Source of the DNA: Eukaryota sp. TZLM1-RC
Lineage: Eukaryota > Protista > Metamonada: BaSk clade
Direction: 5' to 3'
DNA length: 64,000 bases
Assembly: GCA_040285825.1 (NCBI GenBank)
Contig: JAUPSS010000004.1
Coordinates: 1,116,001 to 1,180,000 of the forward strand
Below the pieces are notes generated by a model that saw nothing but the letters and a program-made list of their open reading frames with translations, made no database searches and was not told the DNA's origin. Below, in pieces: positions 51,695 to 64,000 of this stretch (positions are counted from its first letter, which is position 1; each line of letters opens with the position of its first letter). The position numbers and the translations under genes are program-made.

Positions 51695-52596
51695 TGCTTG
51701 GATTTTGATGTTAGACTTGGCTTGGCCAAGAAAAAGAATCCCGCTTTGCAAATCTTTTACAAGATATGTGTGACAGTACTTCTTCTGCCTTAGTAACAAC
51801 AATTCCACAAGTTTATGGTACTCTCTTATCCGATTCTGCTTGGACTCTGAATATGAGATTTCGTTCCTTTATCTGGCCTGATAATTTACCTCATAATTTA
51901 ATATGTAAATGTTCTCGAGAAATAACAACTACTCATTTGTTAAATTGTAAACATTTTATTACTTTTAGAAGCAAGGTTCATGATGCTGTAAGAGACCAGT
52001 TATATTGTATGTGTAAATCTCATAGAATTGAATCCTTCTTGGAACCTTTGTTGTCAAATCTGTTTGATGCTGAAAATGATTTTCATAAGAATAATAGAGG
52101 TGATGTCATATTACCTGGATTAGATGGAAGCTTCATTTTATTGGATGTAATGTCTGTTGATCCTTGTAATGCCTCAAATGAAAGGCTTGTTAATTCTGAA
52201 ATTCATAATCCCCTTTCAAATGCTGAAAATTTTAAATTCAAAAAAATACAATGAACCTTTGTCCAAATTGGCCAGTCTACAGCATGCAAAAATACAATTT
52301 GTATCCATTTGTATTTTCCCTTTTTGGTTCACTTGCACCAACTGCTTTACGTTTTTTGGATGATTTTGAAATGATTGTAAAGAGAAGAACTGGCAGAAAT
52401 TTCAACAGATTGTTTTGGCAAAATAGAATTGTGTTTTCTGTTTTTAAGGGGATGTTGAAGATGGTTTCTGATGCTTTGCTTTCTCTTGGATCTCACTATG
52501 AGAGAGTTGCATCTAGTGTTTTTGTTTTGGGAGAGATGGATTTTTTAGATGTTGATTTATAGGTTTAGAATAAAATTAAATTTAAATAAAAAAAAA
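51695..52596 (+). mobile_element. Family B, 5'-truncated
   Basis: TSD AGTACTCCAAG at 51684-51694 and 52597-52607. Confidence 0.93.
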
Positions 52597-52818
52597 AGTA
52601 CTCCAAGATAATCGGCCGCATCATTGTTCGTTATGGCTTTCACTATCTCCTCCACTGTTGGAAAATCGTGGGATTCAGAGGGCTTAAACACAACAGGGAC
52701 AATAGCATCAATATCCGCTGTTCCGGGCGGGAGAACCACTATTGTTCGATGGATAAAGGCTCCCAGAAGCATAAAATAGAAGTCTTGGGGTTCTTGAAGG
52801 TCAACAGTGGTCAACATT

Positions 52819-53740
52819 TAAATTGTCAAAGATTTTTGAAAGCTTGGATTTTGATGTTAGACTTGGCTTGGCCAAGAAAAAGAATCCCGCTTTTGCAAAT
52901 CTTTTACAAGATATGCGTGACAGTACTTCTTCTGCCTTAGTAACAACAATTCCACAAGTTTATGGTACTCTCTTATCCGATTCTGCTTGGACTCTGAATA
53001 TGAGATTTCGTTCCTTTATCTGGCCTGATAATTTACCTCATAATTTAATTTGTAAATGTTCTCGAGAAATTACAACTACTCATTTGTTAAATTGTAAACA
53101 TTTTATTACTTTTAGAAGCAAGGTTCATGATGCTGTGAGAGACCAGTTATATTGTATGTGTAAATCTCATAGAATTGAATCCTTCTTGGAACCTCTGTTG
53201 TCAAATCTGTTTGATGCTGAAGATGATTTTCATAAAAATAATAGAGGTGATGTTATATTACCTGGATTAGATGGAAGTTTCATTTTAGTGGATGTAATGT
53301 CTGTTGATCCTTGTAATGCCTCAAATGAAAGGCTAGTTAATTCTGAAATTCATAATCCCCTTTCAAATGCTGAAAATCTTAAATTGAAAAAATACAATGA
53401 ACCTTTGTCCAAATTGGCCAGTCTACAGCATGCAAAATACAATTTGTATCCATTTGTATTTTCCCTTTTTGGTTCACTTGCACCAACTGCTTTACGTTTT
53501 TTGGATGATTTTGAAATGATTGTAAAGAGAAGAAGTGGGAGAAATTTCAACAGATTGTTTTGGCAAAATAGAATTGTGTTTTCTATTTTTAAGGGGATGT
53601 TGAAGATGGTTTCTGATGCTTTGCTTTCTCTTGGATCTCACTATGAGAGAGTTGCATCTAGTGTTTTTGTTCTGGGAGAGATGGATTTTTTAGATGTTGA
53701 TTTATAGGTTTTGAATAAAATTAAAATTTTGTTAAAAAAA
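52819..53740 (+). mobile_element. Family B, 5'-truncated
   Basis: TSD AGTGGTCAACATT at 52806-52818 and 53741-53753. Confidence 0.93.
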
Positions 53741-54478
53741 AGTGGTCAACATTGATTCACAAATACTAAAATATCCAGCAGCATTCAGTTTTCTAGTATT
53801 TTTTGATGAAAGTAATCGATAACAATGACAATTCTCCTCTAATAATAAACGTAGAGGAATCGGATACAAGTGTGAGAATAGTTGAAAATTGGCAGGTATT
53901 TGGATTAACGAGTTATAATTTAATTGACTGAATTGAAACAAATAGAGGAGAACACCAACACAAACAGGCTCGATAAGGATTCCCAAGGTTGTAGGAGCAA
54001 CATGAGTAGTGAGAAGCTCCTTCATGATATCAATCAATGTTGACTGCCATGGTGCACTTGCTTTCAAATGTAGATAATTCCATGCAAAATGGGACAGAAT
54101 AGGATCAACAGTGGGAAGAAGATAGGAGAAAACTCTATTTTCAAAATTGGAAGGAAAGAATTTGATAACGGCAAAGGAACAATGAACAAAATGGGAGAGT
54201 AGTGACTCAGTAGATATGGAAGCGGATTAAAAAATATTTTTTCGGGAAAACTGGCTGATAACAATCTCGAAACTGTTGAAAAATTGAAATCCCTCCATCC
54301 AACTGAAAATTTTTGCCCCAGTAAGCCTTCTATTTGTCAATATTGGCTCGAAAATCCATTTCAGGCTCAAGAAGTATTGAATGCCGTTGCTAAATTACCA
54401 AAAGGAAAAGCTGCTGGTCCTTCAGGCATTTCCTTTGATTTGTTGAAAACTGCCTGTAAAAATGCTCCTGAAATTTGT

Positions 54479-57400
54479 TTTTTTAATTTAATTTTAATTT
54501 ATTTTCAAAACCACAGTCTAAAAGTCAATTTCTTCAAAACAAGCTTCCACACCATCAAACCTTACAGCAGCAATGTTTTCATAATGTGCACTGACAGACA
54601 TTAAAGCTTTCGAAATCATTTTAGGAATTGATTTGAAAATAGTAAAAACAATACGATTTAGCCACAAGCGACGATCAAAACGCTTATTCATTCTTTTTTT
54701 CACAAGATTTTCAAAATCATCAATAAAATTCAAAGCAGTTTTTCCAAGACGACCATACAACGATATAGCAAATGGGCAAATTTGGTAATCTACATGGCGA
54801 ACATGTTTCAATTCTTTTAAAGGATTTGCATACTTTTTCCGTTTGTACAATTCGGAGTCATCAAGGGGGGATACTTCGGATTGAGCATTTTTCAAGGCAT
54901 TTTTCTTGCAAACATCCACTGTTACGACATCAACAACATTCATGACATCATCAAACGAGGGCACAACAACATCAGCACGTCGTTTTCCATATTCTGAATC
55001 TCTTACGCTTTCATTTTATATCAAGAGACCTCAACAAAGGTTCTACAAAAGATTCAATATGATAGGAATTACACATTGCATGGATTTGATCTCTGACTGC
55101 ATCATGCAACGTAGAACGATAGGAAATATATCTATTACAATTAAATAAATGTGATAATGTCAAACCAGCTCCACATTTACAAAACAAATCATTGGGCAAA
55201 TTACAAGGCCATAAATAACAACGCATTCTCATAGCAGTGGTCCATTGGTCGTCATTCAAAAATAGACCATAAATCTGGGGAATTTGATTTATCAAAACTG
55301 CAGATGAACTGTCCTTCAAATCAATCAAAAAATTGGCAAACGCAGGATTTTCTTTCTTAGCCGTGCTAAGTCGAACAATAAAATCCTTGTTTTCAAAATT
55401 TTTCAAGAGATGTCGTTGGAGCTTTTTCAACGCAAATTTTAATGAATATAAACTTCTGTCTGGAATTTCTTGAATGGATATGGGGAAACATGATTGCCAT
55501 AAGTCGGGAGATAAACTGGATATTTCTTCTCTTAAGTTATCCAGGAATATGCTATTTGTATTTTCAAGAAGATTTTCGGCAAAAGGATATCTTCTAGAGA
55601 ATTCAAATACAAAATTTTTTCCACCACCAATAAATGCAGCTTTGGTCAAATATTTTGATGAATTGAATCCAACACCGCCAAGTTGAACATCAGAAAAAAT
55701 ATGATTTTTCAAAATTGATGGATCAACAGACATTAAATAAGCCAAAAATTGGGTACGTATTTTGTTAAATTGTCTACAGAAATTGTAAGTTAGGGATGGA
55801 GGTAATGATCGCAGTAAATGAGTAATTTTTCCAGCATAACAAATTTTCAAAAGAAAAAACTTAAGATGTTTTTCCAATTCAAGAGTCTTTATGACTTCTA
55901 GCTCTTTTTTAATTGAATTTAAATAATTTTCAAGGCTGTCAAGTGTCTTTTCGGCGGAACCTAAATAGCAACCCAGAAAGCAGAAACTAGTTGAAGTATA
56001 ATCAATATATGGAACTTCGAGGGAATTAATTATTAACTTAACATTTTTCCTAGAAATACAAAAACATTTTTGAACATTCAACTCAAGACCTATGGATTGG
56101 TATAATGTAGCAGCTTCATTAGCAACCCTATTAATTGTACTTTCTGGACCAATACAAGAAATGTCATCCATGTAAGCTACCACTTGAAGGTCAGAATTTT
56201 CTTCTTTTAATTTTTTCAAAATTGGGTGAATTGCAAGACAAAAAAAGAAAGGACCTAAAGGGTCTCCTTGTTTAACTCCTGATAAAGAATCCAGATTAAA
56301 AGAATTAAAAATTAAATCAGATGAATTACCATAAAACCTATAAAAAAAGGTTTCGAGTTCAGGAAAATTTGATTTGATTTCTTTCCAAATTGAATCTCTT
56401 TTCACTGAATTGAAAGCATTTTTGAAATCAAGATTAAAAATGCAACTATTTTCGTGACAATTGAAAAACAGATCAGATGTCAAAGCTGCAACTGAAGCTC
56501 CATCTATGGTTTTGATTCCATATTGGAATGGAGAAAAGTATTCTTTAGCTTTTGTTGAAACTCGATTAAAAATTACTGAAGACATCAGGCGATAAATGGC
56601 TTCACCAATGGCAATTGGGCGAACTTTTCCATTAGGTTTAGTTAAAGCCACTAACCGTGATGCACTTAATTCTTTGGGTGGAACAATTTTCATTGTCAAA
56701 ACATCTTGAAAAAAGGAACATAAATCTTTAATAATAAAGGAATTTTGGCGGCACACAGATTTCAGCATATCAAAAGTAATTCCAGATGGACCTGGAGCTT
56801 TTCCAGATGGAAGACGGAAAATGGCAGTTTCAACTTCTTTTTCAGAAAGTGGATTTTGTTTCCAAAATTGTGAAGCAGATGGTTTATCCAAATTAAGAAA
56901 TTCAGCTGGATGCAGATCCACTAATTGATTAACAGTTTCATCAGTCACAGGAGCAAGATCAGATGAGAACAGAGCGTTTTTCCCTGAACCATATCTCCCA
57001 CGTAGCAAAAGTTTTCGTACAGTCTTATTCTTGGGTTGTTTCTTTGGAGTGAAAACCTTTTGGGGACGAGAACCTGATTTTTGTTCAAGGAAGAATTTCC
57101 AAATAGAAAATATATCCCATTCACCTTTTTTCAAAGCAAGACTGAATGTTCTAAACGCAACAGAAAAGGGAATGGAAGCCTTGGGACTGAGAACATTCGG
57201 AATCTTACATGGAGGCCGTAATGTATCAAGCGAGGAGCAAACATGACATACATATAAATTATTTTTTAAAATATATCTTTCAGCTTTTTCATTACAAATA
57301 ACACAATTATCAATTTGACTTGCTTCAAGGGGAATATCTAACATCACTGCATCATTGTCTTCTGCAGTGCACTCATCTTTGGGAGGTAAATTAAATTCTA

Positions 57401-57796
57401 AATTATGTAATTCAGCGGCAGCGGCGGTTACAGAATAAGAAATAGATGGATTTTGATAATTTTCACATTTTTTAGAATTCTTTTTATGTCCAACTTTATG
57501 ACAAGATGAGCAACGGGGAACATTTTTTGAGAGTTTAGTGTTTTTTGTGGCACGCTGATCATTTTTTGAATTTGAAATTTTTTGAGAAGAATTTCGAGCA
57601 TAGCTTGGAGGGTGGGGAGAGTGGAGGAGTGAAGGGGATGAGCTTGATTTGACGGGTAGAACCTTCACTTGGGCATTCCAATCAGTATCGGAGTCACTAT
57701 CTGCCTCTGGCATCGTTTAGGGAGAGACACAGTACAACTTTGACGCCAACACAGAAAGTGAAAAATGAGAGGCTTGACCAAGGGAGGGAGAAAAAA
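54479..57796 (-). mobile_element. Family D, full length (~3.3 kb); ORF 57713-54518 with one frameshift near 55015
   Basis: Leader, CSSCHKVGHKKNSKKC, RT (YMDD), RRADVVVP..DVVTVD RLE and tail. TSD TGAAATTTGT at 54469-54478 and 57827-57836. Confidence 0.95.
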
Positions 57797-57835
57797 TTTG
57801 AAATTTGAAATTTGAAATTTGAAATTTGAAATTTG
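57794..57835. repeat. (AAATTTG)6 at the 5' junction of D
   Basis: Six perfect 7-mers identical to part of the TSD. Confidence 0.92.
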
Positions 57836-60394
57836 TGAGGATCTTGCTTCCTATTTTCAAAATTTAATGTGTTTGAATTATGTTCCTCCGCATGAATTGA
57901 CTGCTGCCCGTTTAGTTGCTTTAGTTAAACCTGGTAAAGGTGACAAACCTGATGGAGTTAGACCAATTGCTATTGGAGAGTCATTAACCAGATTGCTTTC
58001 TTCACTTATTTTTAACAGAATTTCTACTAAAGCAAGGGACTATTTGAAGCCTTTCCAATTTGGTATAAAAACTGTTGAAGGTGCTTCTGTTGCTTCAATG
58101 ACTTCAGATGTTTTTTTCAATAGTCAACAACATCAATATATTTTCAATTTGGATTTCAAAAATGCTTTCAATTCTGTGAAACGTAATTGTATTTTTGATG
58201 TGCTTCTTCATGATTTTTCTGAACTTTCTGCATATTTTTATTTATTTTATGGAAAAAAATCAGACTTAATTTTTGACTCCTTTACCCTTGAATCTTCTTC
58301 TGGTGTGAAACAAGGTGATCCTCTTGGCCCTTTGCTGTTTTGTTTGGCTATTCATAATATTATTAAAATGACACAACAAGATTTCCCTGATTTGCGTATT
58401 GTTGCCTATATGGATGACATTTCTATTATTGGTTCTTTTGAAAGCATTTCTAGGGTCTCTGAAAACATTGCGGCGAAATACAAAGAAATTGGATTAGCTT
58501 TGAACCCATCTAAATGTCTCTTGATTGGTAGAGAAAAACAATCTTTGATGATTGGTGGAGCTCAGATTCCTCTTATCAATTATGACCAACAAGCTTTTAA
58601 GTTTCTTGGATGTTGGCTTGGCAATTTGGATGAAATTTATTCCCAGTTAAACAATTTATTGGAGAAGTTTGACAAGGATCTTAGTTTTATTGCTGAATGT
58701 GACATTGAGAAACACATCAAATTTTTTATTTTAAAAATTTGTTATTCTGGAAAATTCACTCATATTTTAAGGTCAACTCCCCCTTCGGTATCTCTCAATT
58801 TTTGCAGATCTTTTAACAAACTTCGAGTCAAATTTTTTTCTTTTTTATTAGAAGTAAATGAATCTTTAATTCGAAGTCATGTATTTTGTTCAGCAGATTT
58901 GGGTGGCATTGGATTCACCAAATCTTCGATTCTGTGTAAAGCAGCATTTTTGGGAGGTGGTAAAAATTTTGTTTTTGAATTTTTCCAAAGGTTCCCTTTG
59001 ATGTTCATCTGATCAATGGTGAATCAAATTTTTATTTGAATCAACTTCAAATCGAATTAGATAATTTGCCTAGTGATATCTGGATTCAGTGTTTTCCTCA
59101 AAATGTTCAAGAAATTCCCACCCGATCACTTCCAAATTTACGTTTTTGCTTGAAAAAGCTTCAGCACCATCTGGTTAAATTATATGAAGGCTTGGATTAT
59201 GAAGTAAGACTTGGCTTGGCCAAAACTAAAAATCCCGCTTTCGGTAATTTTTTTAAAGGATATTCGTGATAGTTCAGCTGCTGCTTTAGTAACTCAAGTT
59301 CCCTCTGTTTATGGACTTTTGTTAAAAGACAATGAATGGCTTCTAAACATGCGTTTTCGTTGTTTTCTGTGGCCAAACAATTTGCCCAATCATTTAACTT
59401 GTAAATGTGGTAAACCTCTTTTGTTTACTCATCTTTTGAACTGTAAACATTTCATTACGTTTAGAAGCAAAGTGCATAATAACGTCAGGGACCAAATTTA
59501 TGTAATGTGCAAATCATATCGAGTAGATTCCTTTTTAGAACCGCTGTTATCAAAATTAATTCTTGATGATCCCAATATTGATAGTACGTGTTACAACAGA
59601 GCTTCTATGGGTCTGACTAGAGGTGATCTAGTTGTTCCTGGTTTAAATGGTAGTTTTACTATTTTGGACGCCATGTCTATTGACCCTTGTAATTCCTCTA
59701 ACGAACATTTCATTAACTCGGATGTAAATAATCCTCTTCTTGCAGGCGAAAAATATAAAATTGCTAAATATGCGAAACCCATTTCCTCGGTTAATGAAAA
59801 TTCTCATGCCCAATATAATTTATGTCCATTTGTTTTTTCTTTGCTTGGATCTCTAGGTAAGGCTGCTATGGCTTTCCTTGAGGATTTTGTTGTAGTTGTA
59901 AAGGAAAGAACTGGAAGAATTTTCAATCGTGTTTACTGGCAAAACAGGATTGTATTTTCTATTTTTAAGGGAATGGTAACACTAATTTCTGATTCACTAT
60001 CTTCTTTTGGGAAATTTTCTGAATCTTTAGCGATTAATTGTTTTGATGTAGGGGAGGCAGGTTTTGAGGATGTGGAGTTTTAATTGTGTATTTCATATTT
60101 GTTGTTGAATAAAAATAAATAAGGTATAAAAATAAATAAGTTAAAAAAAAAGTAGTGACTCATGTATAGCAACACCCTCTAGAATAAGAGAGAGGACAAT
60201 GGCAGCATTTTTTGGAAGGACAGTAATTTGAAGGCATTTTCCACCTTCAAATTTACCTGAGAAGCAAAAAACATGAGTGAACTTGAATTGAGCGCATATG
60301 TTAACCATAGAGGTTTACAACTAACGGCATTTCTGAGAGACAAAAGTGGAGACACCAACGTTTGAAAAAACCCTGATTGTGATTGGGGAGGAAA

Positions 60395-62598
60395 AATCCC
60401 GCTTTCGGTAATTTTTTAAAGGATATTCGTGATAGTTCAGCTGCTGCTTTAGTAACTCAAGTTCCCTCTGTTTATGGACTTTTGTTAAAAAACAATGAAT
60501 GGCTTCTAAACATGCGTTTTCGTTGTTTTCTGTGGCCAAACAATTTGCCCAATCATTTAACTTGTAAATGTGGTAAACCTCTTTTGTTTACTCATCTTTT
60601 GAACTGTAAACATTTCATTACGTTTAGAAGCAAAGTGCATAATAACGTCAGGGACCAAATTTATGTAATGTGCAAATCATATAGAGTAGATTCCTTTTTA
60701 GAACCGCTGTTATCAAAATTAATTCTTGATGATCCCAATATTGATAGTACGCGTTACAACAGAGCTTCTATGGGTCTGACTAGAGGTGATCTAGTTGTTC
60801 CTGGTTTAAATGGTAGTTTTACTATTTTGGACGCCATGTCTATTGACCCTTGTAATTCCTCTAACGAACATTTCATTAACTCGGATGTAAATAATCCTCT
60901 TCTTGCAGGAGAAAAATATAAAATTGCTAAATATGCGAAACCCATTTCCTCGGTTAATGAAAATTCTCATGCCCAATATAATTTATGTCCATTTGTTTTT
61001 TCTTTGCTTGGATCTCTAGGTAAGGCTGCTATGGCTTTCCTTGAGGATTTTGTTGTAGTTGTAAAGGAAAGAACTGGAAGAATTTTCAATCGTGTTTACT
61101 GGCAAAACAGGATTGTATTTTCTATTTTTAAGGGAATGGTAAAACTAATTTCTGATTCACTATCTTCTTTTGGGAGATTTTCTGAATCTTTAGCAATTAA
61201 TTGTTTTGATGTAGGGGAGGCAGGTTTTGAGGATGTGGAGTTTTAATTGTGTATTTCATATTTGTTGTAACAAATTAATTTATTGAATTTGCACACTTGA
61301 TTAAATTAAATCATAACTAATGGGACGACTATCATTAAACCAAGATTTCCTCTACAAAATCTTGATTTGCTTGCTGTCTAGCTAAAGCTTCTCTAATTCG
61401 ATTGAAAAACCGCGGTAATCTATTAATAATGGCAAATTGAATCCGTGAACGCCATAAAAAAATATCAAATCTTTTCATTGTTTTTTCTTTCACCAATTTT
61501 TGGAAGTCATCCAAAAAAGTTTCTGCTTCAACTGATAATCTTCCATTTATCGAAAATGGAAAAGCAATAAAAACCAGCTGTGTATTTCTATCGATATTTG
61601 CATCTTCAATTTCTTTATCATATTTTCTATGTTTTTCTTTTGCTTTAAAATCCAGAGCAGCCACAGGATTAAGTTTTCTTCTGTGAACCAAAGTATCGTT
61701 TGCAACATTACATGAGACAAAGTCAACAATAGCTTCAGAATTATCAATCCAATCACAGTATACATCACCTCTATCATCAGAACTAAAATTATTCAGAGAA
61801 AGTGTTTCTTTCAGCAGGGGCTCTTTGATACACGATATCCTTGCAGTTTGTGCCATATTGAAAACAGTGTCTCTAACAGCATCATGTAATGAAGAACGAT
61901 AAGTTATCAATTTAGAGCAATTTAGAGCATGGCGCAAAGTGAGTTGAGGTGAATTCGAACAAATACATTTTTCTTTTGATAATAATTGGTTAATGGGGAT
62001 GTTCAAATATAATCTCATTTTTGTTACAAATGCTTCATTAGTAGCACACAATCCAAATCTTCGTGGTACAATGGTTACAAAAAGTGAAGAATCTGACACC
62101 TTGTTTTCACAAACACCCTTTCCAATAACAATGAGTGAAGATCTTGATTTAAAACAGCCGAGCTGCAAATATTATTATAAAGATCTTTTTCATACATTCC
62201 AGTCAATCTTTTCTGTAATGTTCGAAGAGTGTACTTCAAATTTAAAACATTTTTTTCTGGAATATTGCCATTGAATGATTGGGGAAAACATCGACCCCAT
62301 TTTTCTACATCAATTCTTGAAATTTCTTCATTTAATGCAAAAACAGTGGAACTTTGCGTTGTCATCAATAAATCTTCCCAATCTGCAAATCTTTCGGAGA
62401 ACTCAAAGATTGCATTTCTGCATCCACCAACAAAAGCACACGAGGTAAAAATAGAAGCCTTCGTCCACCCTAAACCACCATATTGTGGACTAAGGTAAGC
62501 ATGATCTGGAATTTGAAACATTTTACATCCCAGTAATTGAGACAGAACTTTTGCACGTAACTATATTTGTTGTTGAATAAAAATTAGTAGAATAAAAA
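60395..62598 (+). mobile_element. Family A, 5'-truncated, with C inserted in its 3' UTR
   Basis: TSD GATTGGGGAGGAAA at 60381-60394 and 62599-62612. Confidence 0.92.
61269..62562 (-). mobile_element. Family C, 5'-truncated
   Basis: TSD ATATTTGTTGT at 61258-61268 and 62563-62573. Confidence 0.92.
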
Positions 62599-62902
62599 GA
62601 TTGGGGAGGAAACAACTGAAACATTCCCGTTGAAAGTGGAGGTAGTGTGGTGCCACATTGCACATGACTAACCATGTAAGGTTTCAACATGGGAGTTCTA
62701 TAAGCACCTTCCTTCACTGCATCATGGCAAAAATGACGAAGAGAAGTGTGTGTTCCTGCAACCACAACTAGTAATTGAAAACGTTGTGTAAATAGATTTC
62801 GTGCAGCATGGCGCAAACAGCGATATAGATTCCATTCACTATCCATCCCGTTTGTTCCTGTGTTGAGACAGTTGTTGATTAGGGACACCGCACTTGAATC
62901 GA

Positions 62903-63190
62903 TTAAGATGTTTTTCCAATTCAAGGGTCTTTATGACTTCTAGCTCTTTTTTAATTGAATTTCAATAGTTTTCAAGGCTATCAAGTGTCTTTTCGGCGGA
63001 ACCTAAATAGCAACCAAGAAAGCAGAAACTAGTTGAAGTATAATCAATATATGGAACTTCGAGGGAATTAATTATTAACTTAACATTTTTTCTAGAAATA
63101 CAAAAACATTTTTGAACATTCAATTCAAGACCTATGGATTGGTATAATGTAGCAGCTTCATTAGCAACCCTATTAATTGTACTTTCTGGA
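62903..63190 (-). mobile_element. Family D internal RT fragment
   Basis: Matches 55861-56148. Confidence 0.88.
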
Positions 63191-64000
63191 GTTAAAAATG
63201 TATTTATTGAATTTGCACACTTAATTAAATTTACTCATAACTAATGGGACGACTATCAATGAACCAAGATTTCCTCTACAAAATCTTGATCTGCTTGCTG
63301 TCTAGCTAAAGCTTCTCTAATTCGATTGAAAAACCGCGGTAATCTATTAATAATGGCAAATTGAATCCGTGAACGCCATAAAAAAATATCAAATCTTTTC
63401 ATTGTTTTTTCTTGCACCATTTTTTGGAAGTCATCCAAAAAAGTTTCTGCTTCAACTGATAATCTTCCATTTATCGAAAATGGGAAAGAAATAAAAACCA
63501 GCTATGTATTTCTATCGACATTTGCCTCTTCAATATCTTTATCATATTTTCTATGTTTCTCTTTTGCTTTAAAATCCAGAGCAGCCACAAGATTAAGTTT
63601 TCTTCTGTGAACCAAAGTATCATTTGCAACATTACATGAAACAAAGTCAACAATAGCTTCAGAATTATCAATCCAATCACAGTATACATCACCTCTATCA
63701 TCAGAACCAAAATTATTCAGAGAAAGTGTTTCCTTCAGCAGGGGCTCTTTGATACACGATATCCTTGCAGTTTGTGCCATATTGAAAACAGTGTCTCTAA
63801 CAGCATCATGTAATGAAGAACGATAAGTTATCAATTTAGAGCAATTCAGGGCATGGCGCAAAGTGAGTTGAGGTGAATTCGAACAAATACATTTTTCTTT
63901 TGATAATAATTGGTTAATGGGGATGTTCAAATATAATCTCATTTTTGTTACAAATGCTTCATTAGTGGCACACAATCCAAATCTTCGTGGTACAATAGTT
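63191..64000 (-). mobile_element. Family C 3' part, running off the window
   Basis: C UTR, RLE and zinc knuckle. Confidence 0.9.

Larger units (their letters stand above)
54210..60150 (+). mobile_element. Family A, 5'-truncated, split by the full-length D (54210-54478, 57827-60150)
   Basis: TSD AGTAGTGACTCA at 54198-54209 and 60151-60162. Confidence 0.92.
51362..62905 (-). pseudogene. Crinkler-like NTPase + PD-(D/E)xK REase gene fragment in five pieces (62905-62599, 60380-60151, 54197-53741, 52805-52597, 51683-51362)
   Basis: The pieces rejoin across four TSDs, with one frameshift near 60270. Motifs LYRCLR..LLVVVAGT, VDPILSHFA, PGTADIDAIVP...LQIQIK. The family call is from motif recall only. 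Confidence 0.6.

Noticed and set aside
4950-62598. Antisense orientation bias of nested insertions
   Set aside because: Roughly 14 antiparallel versus 10 parallel, which is not convincing.
1-64000. Prokaryotic RT systems (retron, DGR, group II intron), CRISPR arrays, rRNA or tRNA genes
   Set aside because: All RTs are non-LTR or Gypsy type with poly(A) tails, LTRs and TSDs. I saw no repeat-spacer array or structural RNA gene.

Overview
AT-rich eukaryotic DNA, probably from a protist (the organism cannot be determined from the window). It is almost entirely a nested retrotransposon cluster. The fragmented ORF track resolves once target-site duplications (TSDs) are paired; I paired about 27 by eye. 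(1) At least seven families of single-ORF RT + restriction-like-endonuclease (RLE) non-LTR elements of CRE/SLACS type, named here by C-terminus: A ...AGFEDVEF, B ...DFLDVDL, C ...DFVEEILV, D ...ACFEEIDF, E ...NLVSYVF, F ...ACLEDIEF, G ...ACIEDIEF. They insert into each other with 8-14 bp TSDs and no shared target sequence. (2) A ~6.4 kb Ty3/Gypsy LTR element (136 bp LTR, CCTG TSD) swollen to 30 kb (13860-44010). It sits inside a D element whose ~1 kb of own sequence is spread over 43.5 kb. (3) The giant Gag-like ORF of a second LTR element at the left edge. (4) Two broken host-type genes: a Sel1-repeat gene and a Crinkler-like NTPase/REase gene. The most unusual signals concern how the RT behaves. 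Single TSD pairs enclose head-to-tail concatemers of several templates, including other families and host sequence. Several 5' junctions carry reiterated copies of short sequence. The families also share a swappable 5' module and a conserved acidic-hydrophobic C-terminal motif. Coordinates were read by eye and may be off by a few bases.
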